A stretch of 64,000 bases of DNA from positions 502,757 through 566,756 of the forward strand of contig JAAOMT010000134.1 of assembly GCA_016748015.1 (NCBI GenBank), given 5' to 3'. This DNA comes from Geosiphon pyriformis uo1. Taxonomy: Eukaryota; Fungi; Glomeromycota. Each line of letters starts with the position of its first letter. Position 1 is the first letter of the stretch. Below the pieces are notes generated by a model, which was not told where the DNA came from, did no database searches, and was given only the letters and a program-made list of their open reading frames with translations. Below are positions 1-12,600 of this stretch, piece by piece. The position numbers and the translations under genes were made by a program.

Positions 1-285
1 ACCAGGAATCTCCTCCACCTTGGATACATGACGGGCCAAAGAAGTGTTCATAACAATCGCAACCCCAGTACCCATGAAACCCTTATCCAAGCCAGAAGAA
101 AATATTCACACTCCATCAAACTTATCCTTTATCCACGGCCCAAAAGAGGACCTCAACTTAGTCTCAGTGATAAAAGAAACCATATTTCCTGAGTTCACAT
201 GCCAACGAACAACATCCACTTGTTTCGCAGGAACATTGATACCCCGAACATTGCACGTAGCAAATTTCCAAACCAAACCACTCAT
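1..285 (-). pseudogene. LINE ORF2 N-terminus (APE-type endonuclease)
   Basis: MSGLVWKFATCNVRGINVPAKQ...SFITETKL. The ATG at 285-283 overlaps the ORF1 stop (ATGA). Confidence 0.85.
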
Positions 286-2240
286 TGAGATGGAGGAAAA
301 GCCAACGAACCTGATCCAGAACACAGATGATCTAATCTATCCAAGACTGAGCGAACTAAAGCCTCAAGAGCCATCATATTCGATTCCAAACTGCCAATCT
401 TGGCAGTCAAAACCTTAGAACTGCTCAGACTGAAATCAACAACCGACCCACCAACATTGGGAGAAAAAGAGACAGACGACAACAACATGCCATCCAACTC
501 CAAACCTGGGTCCATATCTGAAACAACGGCAGTTGGAGACACCAAAGGAAGAGCTGAGGAAGAAAATGCCAATGGCATCAAGTCAACGAAACTTAACTTC
601 TTTAAAATGAGTGAGACTTGGTCTGAGAGAATTTCTACAAAGCGTTCCAGCACAGCTAGGCGACCACTTAAATCAGCAGCACCAAACGAGGAGGAATCCA
701 TTGAAAAAGCCATCGAACCAGAGACCAAACTGACACCAGGAGCACCTGAAGAGACAATGCAAGAGGAGGAACTGCCTGCCACTTGGGCCCACGTCTTCCC
801 ACCAAAAGAAACTGGACGAGCGACAGAGGCCAACTTTTTCTTATATATCCTAGCTAGATGAACCCGATCCTGCTCAGAAACCACCCTTTTTCTTCAAACA
901 CCAGAATACACACCCAAGGAACAATTGACCGAAACATGACCAAATTGTTTATAATGAGCACAACTGGCCAAAAAAAGACCAGCCCAATGCAAATTCACAT
1001 TCCTGAAAACTGGAACAGTACCAATAGCAGCCAATTTGGATGTCTCATCACCAAAACAAATTACAGCACATCTATCATGAACATATGAACTAGAGTTACG
1101 GCCGATATAACAAGTCTTCCCATCATATGATTCCAACAAATTAGAAAGATCATGAACATTAGTGCCAACTGGAAGAGTATAAAGTAAAACCCGATGCTGA
1201 TCCCTCGATACCCACGTTTGTTTATCAATATTTGCTTTTGCCACTCGGACCGAATCCTTTCCCATGAGCACAGACCATCTAACTGTGACCAAATCAGCCA
1301 TTTCAGATGATTCATATTCTACCAGGACTTTTTGCCAAAGACCAATAAGCTGCACTTTAATTGAAACAATCTTGCCAAACCTAGAAAACACCGTCTCAAT
1401 TGCCAATTTGGGAAGATCTACTGGAATTTCCTTGACGATCACCTCCCGATCTGAATGGCTGTTTACTTTTTTTAGATCATCATTTACCAATATTTTTTCA
1501 CAGATCGCCAACTCTCTGGCCTTAACCAAACTAGACTCACTTGTGAAAGTTGACCTAATGACTCCAGGAAATTTTGAGGAAGTCGAAGCACCCCCAAAAC
1601 CGTCAATTTTATAAAAAATCTTTTTGACCTTAAACAACTTATCACTATTTGACTTTCCAGGCACAGCTGACAACTCCACATCTAAAGCGAAAGATTTTAC
1701 TGGCTCGAAACGACGACACTCTAAACCACATGACTTGGGCGGCGGCAACTGATTGGACCCAACAAACGTGCGAGGAGGGAGCTCCAAAACACTATTGTCG
1801 TCGTTTTCCAGGTTGAAAGAAGGTTGTTTCGGCGGCCTGCCTAAGACATACGTCCTCGTCCTCGTCTTCCTCGGAGTAACGTCATCCATCAAGTCGTCGT
1901 TTCCAGAGGCGTTGGAATCGATGAAACTAGTTTCTTCGGCAACCAAGTTTTCCATATCCTCCAAGTCGGACACCTCGCTGATGTTGTTACTCTCGTTCTC
2001 CACTTCACTACCCCAAGATGCCTTACGTTCACCGCCATCAGCCAGCAACGGGTCTGCATACAAAAGTCCAGCTGGAGAATCTACCACGGTACCAGACACG
2101 ACAGGTTTCCTCACTTTCTTGAAAGAGGCACCACGAGAGTAGACACTCTCAACGCGAGCCTTCTTCTTAGAGCCTGACCGGGACCCCAACCCAGTCGAAA
2201 TCGAGCCCGAAACACCAGCAGAAGAGCCAGCCGGATCCAT
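282..2240 (-). pseudogene. LINE ORF1 (RRM-like region, degenerate zinc knuckle, C-terminal coiled coil), with one internal stop
   Basis: ORFs 894..2246 and 282..884 are in the same frame, separated by a TGA at 894-896. CAHYKQFGHVSVNC is a knuckle relic. Homologous to ORF1 at 31603-34396 and 39494-41432. Confidence 0.85.
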
Positions 2241-2949
2241 AGCCACAAATATAGGTGTGTCCAGAGAAATAGCGACGAAAACAAAAGGGAAAAGGTATAA
2301 AGGAAATGTATTTCTTTGGCAGAATAACTTTGCTCTCGGTGTGGCCAGGGGATCGACGAGAGAAAGTTTTGCTAGTTTGTACTAGTTTATATTATATTAA
2401 ATAATAATTAAATTTTATTTATTAAATAAAAAAAATAAAAAGTTATTAACTTAATTATTAGTTTTTTTTAATAATTATATAAATAATAAATTATTTAATT
2501 ATAAAAAGTAATAAGATTTAAAATAATAAATAAAAAAATTATTTATTAAATTTTATTGTATTTTACTTATTTTTTTATTTTTTATTTTTAAATATCTTAT
2601 TTTTTTCGATTTGTATTGTAAAAATTAGTTTAAAAAGTTATTTACTTATTTTATAATTTATTAGATAAAAAATAATTAAAAAGTACAACAATATTTATTA
2701 TTAATTATAAAAATATTAAAATAAAACATAAAATAATAATAGGAATATTATTTTATTAATATTTATAAAATTTTAAAAAAATTAAGTAATTATAATTTTA
2801 AAATTAATTATGTATATTAAATTTTTATTTATTTTAATTATTTTTTATTATCTTTAATAAAAATTTTATTTATTATTTATTGGTTTATTATTTAAATTTA
2901 TAATAATATTATTATTTTTTGATTTATATGTTGTTAATTTTTATAAAAT

Positions 2950-4790
2950 ATATTAAATAAAAGCATAAGCTTATATTGAACTAGTTTATTAACATTTTTA
3001 TATATCAAATATAAGAAAAATAATCATGTTTCCAATTTTTATATACCAAATATAAACTTATTTAGTTGAAATAAAGTCAAATTTTTTAAAATTAATAAAA
3101 ATTGTTTTACAAGTATTTATACAAAAAAATAAGTTTTTGTATTTTGTTTAATTTTTTTTAATAATATAACTTGGGCTTTTATAATAAGTGATAAATTACA
3201 AATATTTATGTTTGTTTTATTTTTTAGTTTTTTTTAAAAAAAATTTTGCTTGATACTTTTAATAATAGTCTTATAATTTTAACTTTAGCTTTTTGTTTAA
3301 ATATTTTAAAATATTCTTTAATATTCTTAACAAATTAGAAAGTTTTTGGTTTTTATTATTATTAATATGTGCCAAAAAAACACTTATATTATTTGTTAAT
3401 ACAAATTAAACATAGTTATTAATATGCTATTATTAAATTTCTTTGTTTTATCTGATGTTACCAATATATTTTGGGTCTTTTTTTTAATAAATTCAAAATT
3501 TTAACTGCCAAAATTAATAGTTTAAAAGCTAATATAATGGTTTTAAAAAGTTTAATAAAGTTTATTTTTAATAAATTAAAGTTTTTTTGTTTAAATAATA
3601 GTATAATATCTTTTTTTTATTTTCAATAAATAATTTAACACAAAAAATAACTACATATAATATTAGAAAAATAAATGTTTTTGTTAAGCAAAATAATATT
3701 ATTAGATAGCATAAAAAATTAAAATATAATATTTTAATTATTATAAAAACTAAGTTTTATTCAAGTGTAAAATTTTAAATTAATAAATTAATTAATATAA
3801 GAATATTTACTTTTGGTTTGAATTCAGCTTGTTTGGATTTTAGTATTATTATTATTATTATATATGAAAATTTAGCTAAACATATTTTTAAAATTTCTAA
3901 AATTCTTAGTAAGTTTTTATTAATATATTTATTATTCAAAAACAAATAGTTAATTATAATATTAAGACTATATATAAGTGTATTTTTAAAAAAACAATTG
4001 GTTTTAACACCAAAAATCAACTTTTTTATTGTTAAAGTATTTAATAAAAGCACTTATATAATTTTAAAAAACAATTTTAATAAGAATAATACAAAATACA
4101 GTGTTAATTTTAAGAAATATTTGAATCTTGGTTTGGTTAACTTACTTATAAGCAGTTTTTTTGTTAAAAATTTTACATAAATAAACTTTTGTAAAATTAA
4201 AAAAACTATTAATTTTGTTTTGGTTTTATTTTTATTATGTAATATAGTGATTGTTTATAATATATTAAATGTTTTGACTGTTTATTAAGCTATATGTGTT
4301 TTAATTGAATTAAAAAATTTCTTAAATATTATGTTTTTTAATTTAAAAAAACATGTTAATAAAGATTATTAAAAGTACAATTTTAAATATGCTAATAATA
4401 TTAAGTAAACCAAATTTAAGAAAGCTTTTCTGTAAAATTTAAAAAAAATAATAAATTATTTTAAAGAATTAAAATTAATAGATAATTTAAATACAATGTA
4501 AAATTGTTTCAAAAATGTTGTGTGCTTTACTATAAACTAAATATTTTTCAAAATCTGAATTAATAAGATTTTGTACACAAAAAATATTTACATATCTTGT
4601 TTTTTAAGATTAAAACTTCTGGTTTTTAAATTAAATAAGTATTTATTTTTAATTCTAAATATTAACTTTATTAGATTTATACATAAATAATTAAAATTGA
4701 ATTTTAATACAACTGAAATTGTTTAGAACTCTGTTTAAACTGATTTAGTAAACATACAAATATAAAACAAAAATAATAAATAATTACAAA
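2950..4790 (+). mobile_element. Hypermutated LINE fossil (ORF1 end, ORF1/ORF2 junction, APE domain); boundaries approximate
   Basis: Very AT-rich, but back-mutating A>G and T>C recovers LINE motifs. 3624-3680 reads SQ*/..TCNVRG-like; about 3805-3860 reads IFTSGLDS-like; 3998..4180 NFNKNN..SVNFKKYLNLGLVN corresponds to DFNE..SFKKCLDLGLVN; about 4360-4420 is NKDRWK.DFK-like. Confidence 0.65.
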
Positions 4791-4869
4791 AAAAACCCAA
4801 AACCAAAAATATTTTTTTATTTTTCTTATTTTAAATTTTTTAAATTTAATTACAATTTTATATTACTTT

Positions 4870-5554
4870 ATCATAATTATTCTTCGAAATATTCAACATA
4901 TATTCCAAAAATTAATATTAGCTTTGAAAATACTCTCTAATTTATCCATAATTATTAATAGAAATTAAATTAATTATATTTAAAAAAAAACTATAACTTC
5001 AGTAGTAAATAATTTGAATTATTATTCTTATAAAAAAAACACAAAAAATTATTCTGGAATTCAATTACCAGAACTTTTAAAGCAAGCTTTAAAAAAAATT
5101 TTTTTTGCTTTTATTAATATTTCACTAAATGCCACAATTCAACAAAAACTTTAACTGTGTTTTAATGAACAGAATAATAAATACATTCTTATATATAGAT
5201 ATTTTCATATTAAAAGAACACTTTATAAACAAAAATTGGAACTTGAAACAACAAACTTCACTTTTAAAGTTATATAAAAACAAATTTACAACAAATTTAA
5301 GACAGCAGCTGAACCAATAAACATTTATTACAAATTTAGAACAGTTCTTAAATTTTATAATCTATTTAATACTTGTAAAAATATTTTACAAAATTCAATA
5401 CTTCAATCAATAAAAATTCAATACATTGGCAAATTCACAAAACTGAAAGTTCAACAATTTTCAGATTAAATTACTTCAATAAATTTGAACCACTATTTCA
5501 ATATTACAAATAGTACTTAAATTTTAATAAAGCTTAGTTTTAAAAAAAAGATTA
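4870..5554 (+). mobile_element. Degraded 3' internal region (ORF3 end and PPT) of an old Gypsy family B element; left boundary approximate
   Basis: 5385-5554 aligns with 27285-27453. The PPT GAGGAGGAGGTTA has become AAAAAAAAGATTA. Confidence 0.75.
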
Positions 5555-5780
5555 TATTACCAGTAAAAATTTTAGCCATTAAATTAGCATAAAATTATCT
5601 TTATAATTTTTATCATTAATTAATATTGTTACTTATAAAAAAAAAAGTACAAGAAAAAAATAAGAAAAACAGATAGTAAAAATAAACCAATAGAAAAATA
5701 ATACTTAACAAGTAAGCATATTGTTAGAAAATTATGACATATTGTTAAAAAATCATAACATATTGTTCAGCAATAAACAT

Positions 5781-6621
5781 TGTTACTCATAAAATATAGG
5801 AAATATATATTAGCATAAATTAGCCAATCAGAAATAACCATAGTAAATGTGGAATTTCAGAATTTCTCTCAAGAGGAGTTGCAGGATTCCAGGAATTTCA
5901 GGATTCTTATATAAAGGAATCACAGGATTCCAGAATTCTAGGATTTCTTTCAAGAGGAATTACAGGATTTCTGGTATGAGAAATTGAGAAATCGAAGAAT
6001 TTCAATTATGTATATATAGCAATAGTATTAGAAAAAAAAATCCTTTTAGTTAGAGACCTCCCAGTTTAGATCTGATCTAAGCAACCTTCCATTTACAAAT
6101 ATCAATAAATAATTATTTACTATTGCAATTCACTCTCTACTATTAACATTTCATGTTGATAATAATTGATACTTAACCACACTGGAACAATAATTCTTGA
6201 TCATGGCTATTAACAGAATACTAACTTGCAATTGCTTTTATTTATTTCTTTATCTTCTTTTATTTTCTTTATTTCTTTTGTATTTCTTGTTGGTTGACTA
6301 ATTGATTAAGGATTAAAGCACTAAGTTACAGACATCATAGGGACTGGTAAAAGACTCATGAAACAAGGGTAGAACACTTATAGATTTGAAGATAGGTTAT
6401 CAGGAGGATTACCAGTCACCACACTAAGAAAAAAATTTAACAGAATTGCAATTCCAGAAGACTACTGAAACAACTATTAAATCTCTGTCTATTATACAAA
6501 GAACTCTGCAACAAAACCTTCAGATCAATCAAACCTTCAGAGATTAACACCAGAATATCAATCAAGCACCAAGTTACAGATTTGTTATTTGCTTTGAGAT
6601 CCCAAATAAACATTTGTAACA
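5781..6621 (+). repeat. 5' LTR of element A
   Basis: TGTTAC...GTAACA termini. Colinear with 16021-16844. Contains CCAAT and TATA-like motifs, AATAAA, and a (CA)GGA(A)TTC repeat array. Confidence 0.95.
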
Positions 6622-6640
6622 TTTGGTGCTCTCTGTGAAG
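6622..6640 (+). promoter_or_regulatory. Primer binding site of element A
   Basis: TT-TGGTGCTCTCTGTGAAG directly after the LTR. TGG is complementary to tRNA CCA. Resembles the 3' end of elongator Met or Ile(TAT) tRNA, but the tRNA identity is not certain. Confidence 0.75.
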
Positions 6641-6683
6641 TATAATCTTACAGAGAACCAGCACCAATAACAATCATCCAAAA

Positions 6684-9600
6684 GTGGCAGAATCAGAAAT
6701 CATAAGAGCAAACCATTTAGGATTTACCAAATTCTTGTTTCAACAGTACAGCCAACAATTAAGATTAAACAATAACCACTTCTCAGCAGAATCAGCCTTT
6801 AACTTCTATGTCAACAATAAAATCACAGACTGCTTAGGAAGAACAGTTGACATTGAATTCACAAGAGAAAACTTTTATACAGAATTATTTCAACACACCA
6901 GCTTACCAAGAAACTACAGTTTTGCACCAATTATTAGAGAAATCAATCAAACCATTGAAAGGTATATACAACAACAATTTCCTATCACCTATATAGACAA
7001 AGGCAAAGAAAGGTTGCAAACACCAGCAATAACACCAAAACAAATACAACCACTCACTTGGAAGAAAACCAGAATTGAATTACCAACAAACTCATCATAT
7101 TACTATACATCTGAAAGCACCATTAACATCTCATCAACAGATGCATCTACATTATATACAACATTAACATTTGGACAACTCTTATTTCAAATTAAACAAA
7201 AGAAAGCAGAATTACTAGGAATCTATGGCAATTATTTTAAAGGATTTAAATTGTGATTACCAATGCCATCAGGATTCCAATTACTGCCACTTCAACCAGA
7301 TTTCGGAAATGCGAGTTCCTGGGAGATAACGGAATCAAAAAAGAAGAAAGAAAAAGAAGCCAAAGATCAAGAATTTACTTACCAAAACCTGATTCCAGAA
7401 AACCTAAACATTAAAGCTCTGAACTTTCAGACTCAGTAAGATCCAAATTTAGAAAATCCGGAAGTCGAAACTCCAAATTTTCAAACTTAGCAAAATTGAA
7501 ATGATCAAAACCCCAACATTAATAATCAACAATACTTACCTCTAGTAATTGTCATCAATCAACCACCAATTGAACCAATTATTAAACTAATTCAACAGTA
7601 GCCACTTCAACCACCCCAACAACCACAACAGCCATTACAACAGCCACAACCACTACTTCAACAACAGTAACAACAATTCATGGCATTTGTACCAATCATG
7701 AAATTGGAAAGATTCACCGACAAAGAAAACAACATCCAGACATGGATCAATGACATTGTCAAAGCAATTATGGCAAATAACTGGGACGACAACAGAGTCT
7801 TCCAAGCAATTTCATACTTTTTTCAAGATACCATTGACTCATGGTATCAAAGTTTAGCTGCCAAATCTCAAACATTCCAGGAATTCAGGATTGCATTCTT
7901 GAAATATTTTAGTAATAATAACAGTATTAATTGCCTAGCCAACACTTTCATCACAATTAAACAGAGAGAAATTGAAGCAGTTACCACTTACTTGGGACAT
8001 TTCCACAGAAATTTGCACCAAATTCAAGCAATCTAAGCTGACTATTTTACAGCACCACAGATTCTAAACCAGTTTATTCATGGACTGCATAGTAGTCTTC
8101 TCCAATGTGTACATCCAATGCACCCACAAACTCTTTAGAACACAGTTACCAATACGAGAGATTTTGAATTGACAGAACTTGAAGCAAACCATGCCCAAGC
8201 TATTAACCTGGTTATGAATGAATCATCTGACTTGGATTTCAAATTAAAACAGCTTAGTGATTTAATTAATCAGAAATTGGAAGGATACTTAACTGACAAT
8301 CATGCAATTTATCAGCCACCTCAATAACATAATAATTCTGGAAGCATAAATTGCCCACTAAATCAGTTGTGTCTATTATCTTTGACCAATCAGACGTGGC
8401 AGCAAGAGACATGTGTTTGCTATTACTGTAATAAACAAAAACATTTGAGAATTGACTATAGGTTAAAACTAGATAACCAACAATTGGAAAATCAATATTA
8501 AAACTCCAATCACAGGTTTCAGACTCTGAACTATCAATCAAACCCAAAACTGTATCAACCAAATTACCTACCTATAACACAACAGCCAATCTATCAACCA
8601 CTAGTTTATCAGCCAAAAACACCAGTAATCTATCAACTGCAGTCCCAGCCTATCTATTAGCCATAGTTTCAAGTAATCTATCAACCCCAACAAATTCAAA
8701 CACTATCACAAAACTTACTTCAAAACAGAACCCAAAGGCCAAGACTAACACAACAGAACTGGAGATCATTGATGATAGTCTATCAACTGATTCCCAGTTC
8801 CTCAAACCAGCCATCAGGATCTTGACAATGAAATTTGGGCACTGAGTACACCCAAAACTCGAATGCTTAACAATATTTAAGTCTTTTGGTTACTTCAGAA
8901 GACGCCTTATCCAACAATCAAGAATCCAAACAGAAGCAGCTGCTTACCAGCAATATTCTACCAGCAACCATCTCCAATGACAAATCTCTAACAGCTATTT
9001 TTCCTTTCGAGCTTTAGGAAATCACACCAGTCCCATTATTAAGTGGAGCCATTCTTGACACCAAATTAATTACTGCCATGTAAACAGATGTGAAAGTTGA
9101 TGGTCATGTTATCAAACTGATCCTAGACAGTAGATCAGCTGGCAGCATCATTACATAACAACTCATGGACCAATTAGGTCGCTGAGTTGATCACACTACC
9201 AGCACATGCATAATCACTGCTGATAAAGCAACCAAAACTCCAATTGGTGAGATTGATGATCTCCCTATAGAGGTCAATGGCATTATTGTACTAATTAAAA
9301 CATTAGTTATGGAAACTACCCAATACCAAGCATTCATTGATAATAACTGACTGTCCAAAGCCAATACAACACTTAATTAGAACACCCAAGAGCTCCAGAT
9401 TAGTCAAAACAGTCAATATCTATGTGTACCAGCCATGTGTGGCCACTTTAAGTCTATTAATACAACATCAGCTTCATTTATCAAGTTTGAAAAAGAGGAA
9501 AAGAAACCTATCTGGAAAGCCTATTAAGTTTTCTGGGCCAACACAAAACACAATGAACTATTGCCAATATCATCATGAGATGACAAAAGAAAGAAAAGAA

Positions 9601-12600
9601 GAGAAAAAAAACTTACTGGGGAAACCAACCAAAGTTATTAGAACAGTAATAGTCAAAGCAAGCAGACACCAATTTGGACTTGAGAAGAGAAAAGAAAAGG
9701 GAAAGAAAAAGGACCAGAACCAATCACTACCTCAACATATATCCCATATACTTACTTTCAACCACCACAATCACATTATTGTTGACCAAAGCTCATATGC
9801 ATTGATTGTAACAAGAAATTGTTATTAATGGGTGCATGCTGTGACAACAATGAGGAATACCTAATGATAACTAAATTTTATTGCCACTCATGTGTCATTA
9901 AACACTTTGGAAGACCAAAACAAGTTGGAAAATGGGATAATGAGCCATGCTTGGTTTGTGATGAAACTCTCTTTGACAAAAGAATGTGGAATAACATTCC
10001 TGGAAGAGGAGAAACATGCGACAAATCATGTTAATACATGATTCTTATAAGCAACTGGGTAAGAAAAAAAATGCCCATAGATGCTGCCTGGAGACAAGCA
10101 GTCAAATGCTTGGACAGATGTCTACATAATGATGACAAAATCTGGTGAATGGCTCTCGTCAAAATCAAAGAAGCATCACTAGAAGAAATAAGGATGATCA
10201 AAAATAACTCTTTCAAGTCCATAGAACTTGACTGGGACTCAGAACCAGTCATAAACCTCCTGGATCCAAAACAATTCCATGAACACTACTAGGAATTAGC
10301 ACTCACTAGAGAGAAACAAAAACAATGGTTAGAAAAAATAAATACAAGACTATGTAATTATTGTTTAATTTCATGTGACTTTCAATATTATAATGAGTGT
10401 GATCTTATTTACAATCCACCAATCTGTATGATCTACATGATCCCAGAAGAGGAGGAACCAATCAACAGCTGTACATCAGAATTGGAATCAACTTTCAATC
10501 CCAATTCAAACTCTGACAATGATGATAACGAAAACAATGGTTCTAGCTCTGCTCAATGTGACAATGGAAAATATAGCAATTTGAACTCTGATTCAAACCC
10601 CAAAACATACATTGTACTCTCTGATCTTACTAAGGAACAGGAACTTAAATAGTTTAGTGATAATAATGAAGGTATTATGTCAGAATGCATACATGATACT
10701 GATATAGAATTTAATTTGAGATATTTAGAAAAAGATCCCATCAAATTGGAACCCTATTCATGCACCTATATTGATCTCAAAATAGCACTGGAAATTCCAG
10801 CAACAACAATGGTTCAGTTAGTATCTAGAAGTAGCTTAGCCAAAAAAGGAATCAACATCAGAGAAAGAATAATTGATGCAAGATACATAGGAAATATCAT
10901 TGCAATGCTACAAAATGACTCAGAAAAGACCTATATAATAGAGCCAAATGAAAAGATAGCACAGGCAATATTCCTGTCTCTGGTTAAAATAGCTTAATTA
11001 GTATTAGTGGGAAACAGAGAAAAATCAGGGATTACAGCTAGAGGGATACAGGGATTTGGATCCACAGATAGAATAGATGTACTGGTTAATATGGCAGAGG
11101 AAAAAATTATTGACAAGGGAAAAATTATTTTTACCTATCAACCAATTTCTATTCCATTATATGACCAGTACATGGTAATTATAAAAAGAAAAGTAAAAGA
11201 TCAGATACAGATTTTTGAAGCAGAAGCAACACTTTGTGAATCAGGAAAGATTGGATTAGTCAATCTACACATACTAGCCAAAAACCACAGCCATATCAAA
11301 ATCTCTATTTACAACAATATGGGAGACATTATCAAGATATCAAAAAGAACCACTATTGAATACTTGACCACAGAAATTGAAAACCAATTTCCAGACACCA
11401 TTCTAGACTTTTCATAACTGTGTGGATATGTGAATATTACATCTCAAATTATATATGAACGAAAAGAATATTATTTGCTCCAATTAGAACAATTAGAACA
11501 AATGAACATGGGAAACTTAGATCTATTACAATATATGCAGCTCAAAATGTTACTCAACAATTTCAATGACATTTTTGACAGTGAAAACGAATTTGGTAGA
11601 ACTGACATCATTCAACATCAAATCAAAACTGAAGATGCAATGCCAATTAAACAGAGAGCATACAGAGTACCACCAGCTAGCCATGAGATCATTTATCAAA
11701 AAATCAATCAGATGCTTAACAATGGGCTAATTCAGCTATCAATGAGTCCATAGCCATTACCAGTGGTACTAGTCTGGAAGAAGAATGGGAAAATCCACTT
11801 TTGTGTAGATTACCAAAAGTTGAATAGAGTAATCAAAGGAGATAGCTATCCAATGCCAAAAATCCAAGAGCTGTTTGATGCTTTTGGAGGAAAGAAATGG
11901 TTTTCAACATTAGACTTAGACAATGGTTACTGGCAAGTAGTCATGAAACCAGAAGACAAGAAAAAAACAGCTTTCACAACTCAGGAAAAAAATTTTGAAT
12001 TTGAAGTAATGCCATTTGGCTTGATAAACACTCCAGCAACATTTCAACAGCTCATGGAAATTGTCTAAACTGGATTACTGTGAAAATCAGTAGTTGTTTA
12101 CTTAGATAATACCAATGTGTTCTCAGAGACATTTGATAATTATTTGCATCATCTCCAACAAGTGTTTAAAAGATTAAGAAAAGCAGAATTGAAATTAAAT
12201 GTGACCAAGTGTTTTTTTGGCAAAACAGAATTGAAATTTTTGGAACATGTTATAAGCAAAAATAGCATTAAAACAGATCCAAATAAAATTGCAATAGTAA
12301 AAAACTTTCCAGTACCAACTAACTTGACAGAACTAAGAGCATTTTTGGGATTTGCTGAATATTATTGCCATTTTATCAAAGACTTTTTTAAACTGGCCCA
12401 ACCACTTTATCACTTACAAACTAAGAATGTAAAGTATAAATGGACAGAAGCTCAACAAGAAGTATTCAATATACTAAGAAAAAAGCTTATTCAAGCTCTA
12501 GTGTTAATATATCCAGATTACAACAAACCATTTATCATCATTACTGATACATTAGACCAGACATTGGGAGCAGTACTATTACAAAAAAAACCAGATAGAA

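Larger units (their letters stand above)
1..2365 (-). mobile_element. LINE copy 1 (non-LTR retrotransposon), 5' part: 5' UTR, ORF1 and start of ORF2; continues beyond the left edge of the window
   Basis: ORF1 followed by the APE endonuclease start (LVWKFATCNVRGIN...ETKL). The 5' end (plus strand gtggccaggggatcgacgagagaa) matches the 5' end of LINE copy 3 at about 41530-41553. CpG is retained, so this is a relatively young copy. Confidence 0.9.

Noticed and set aside
400-2142. Plus-strand ORFs opposite the LINEs (also at 29254, 33986, 41083 and others)
   Set aside because: They are antisense shadows of LINE ORFs with no independent motifs.
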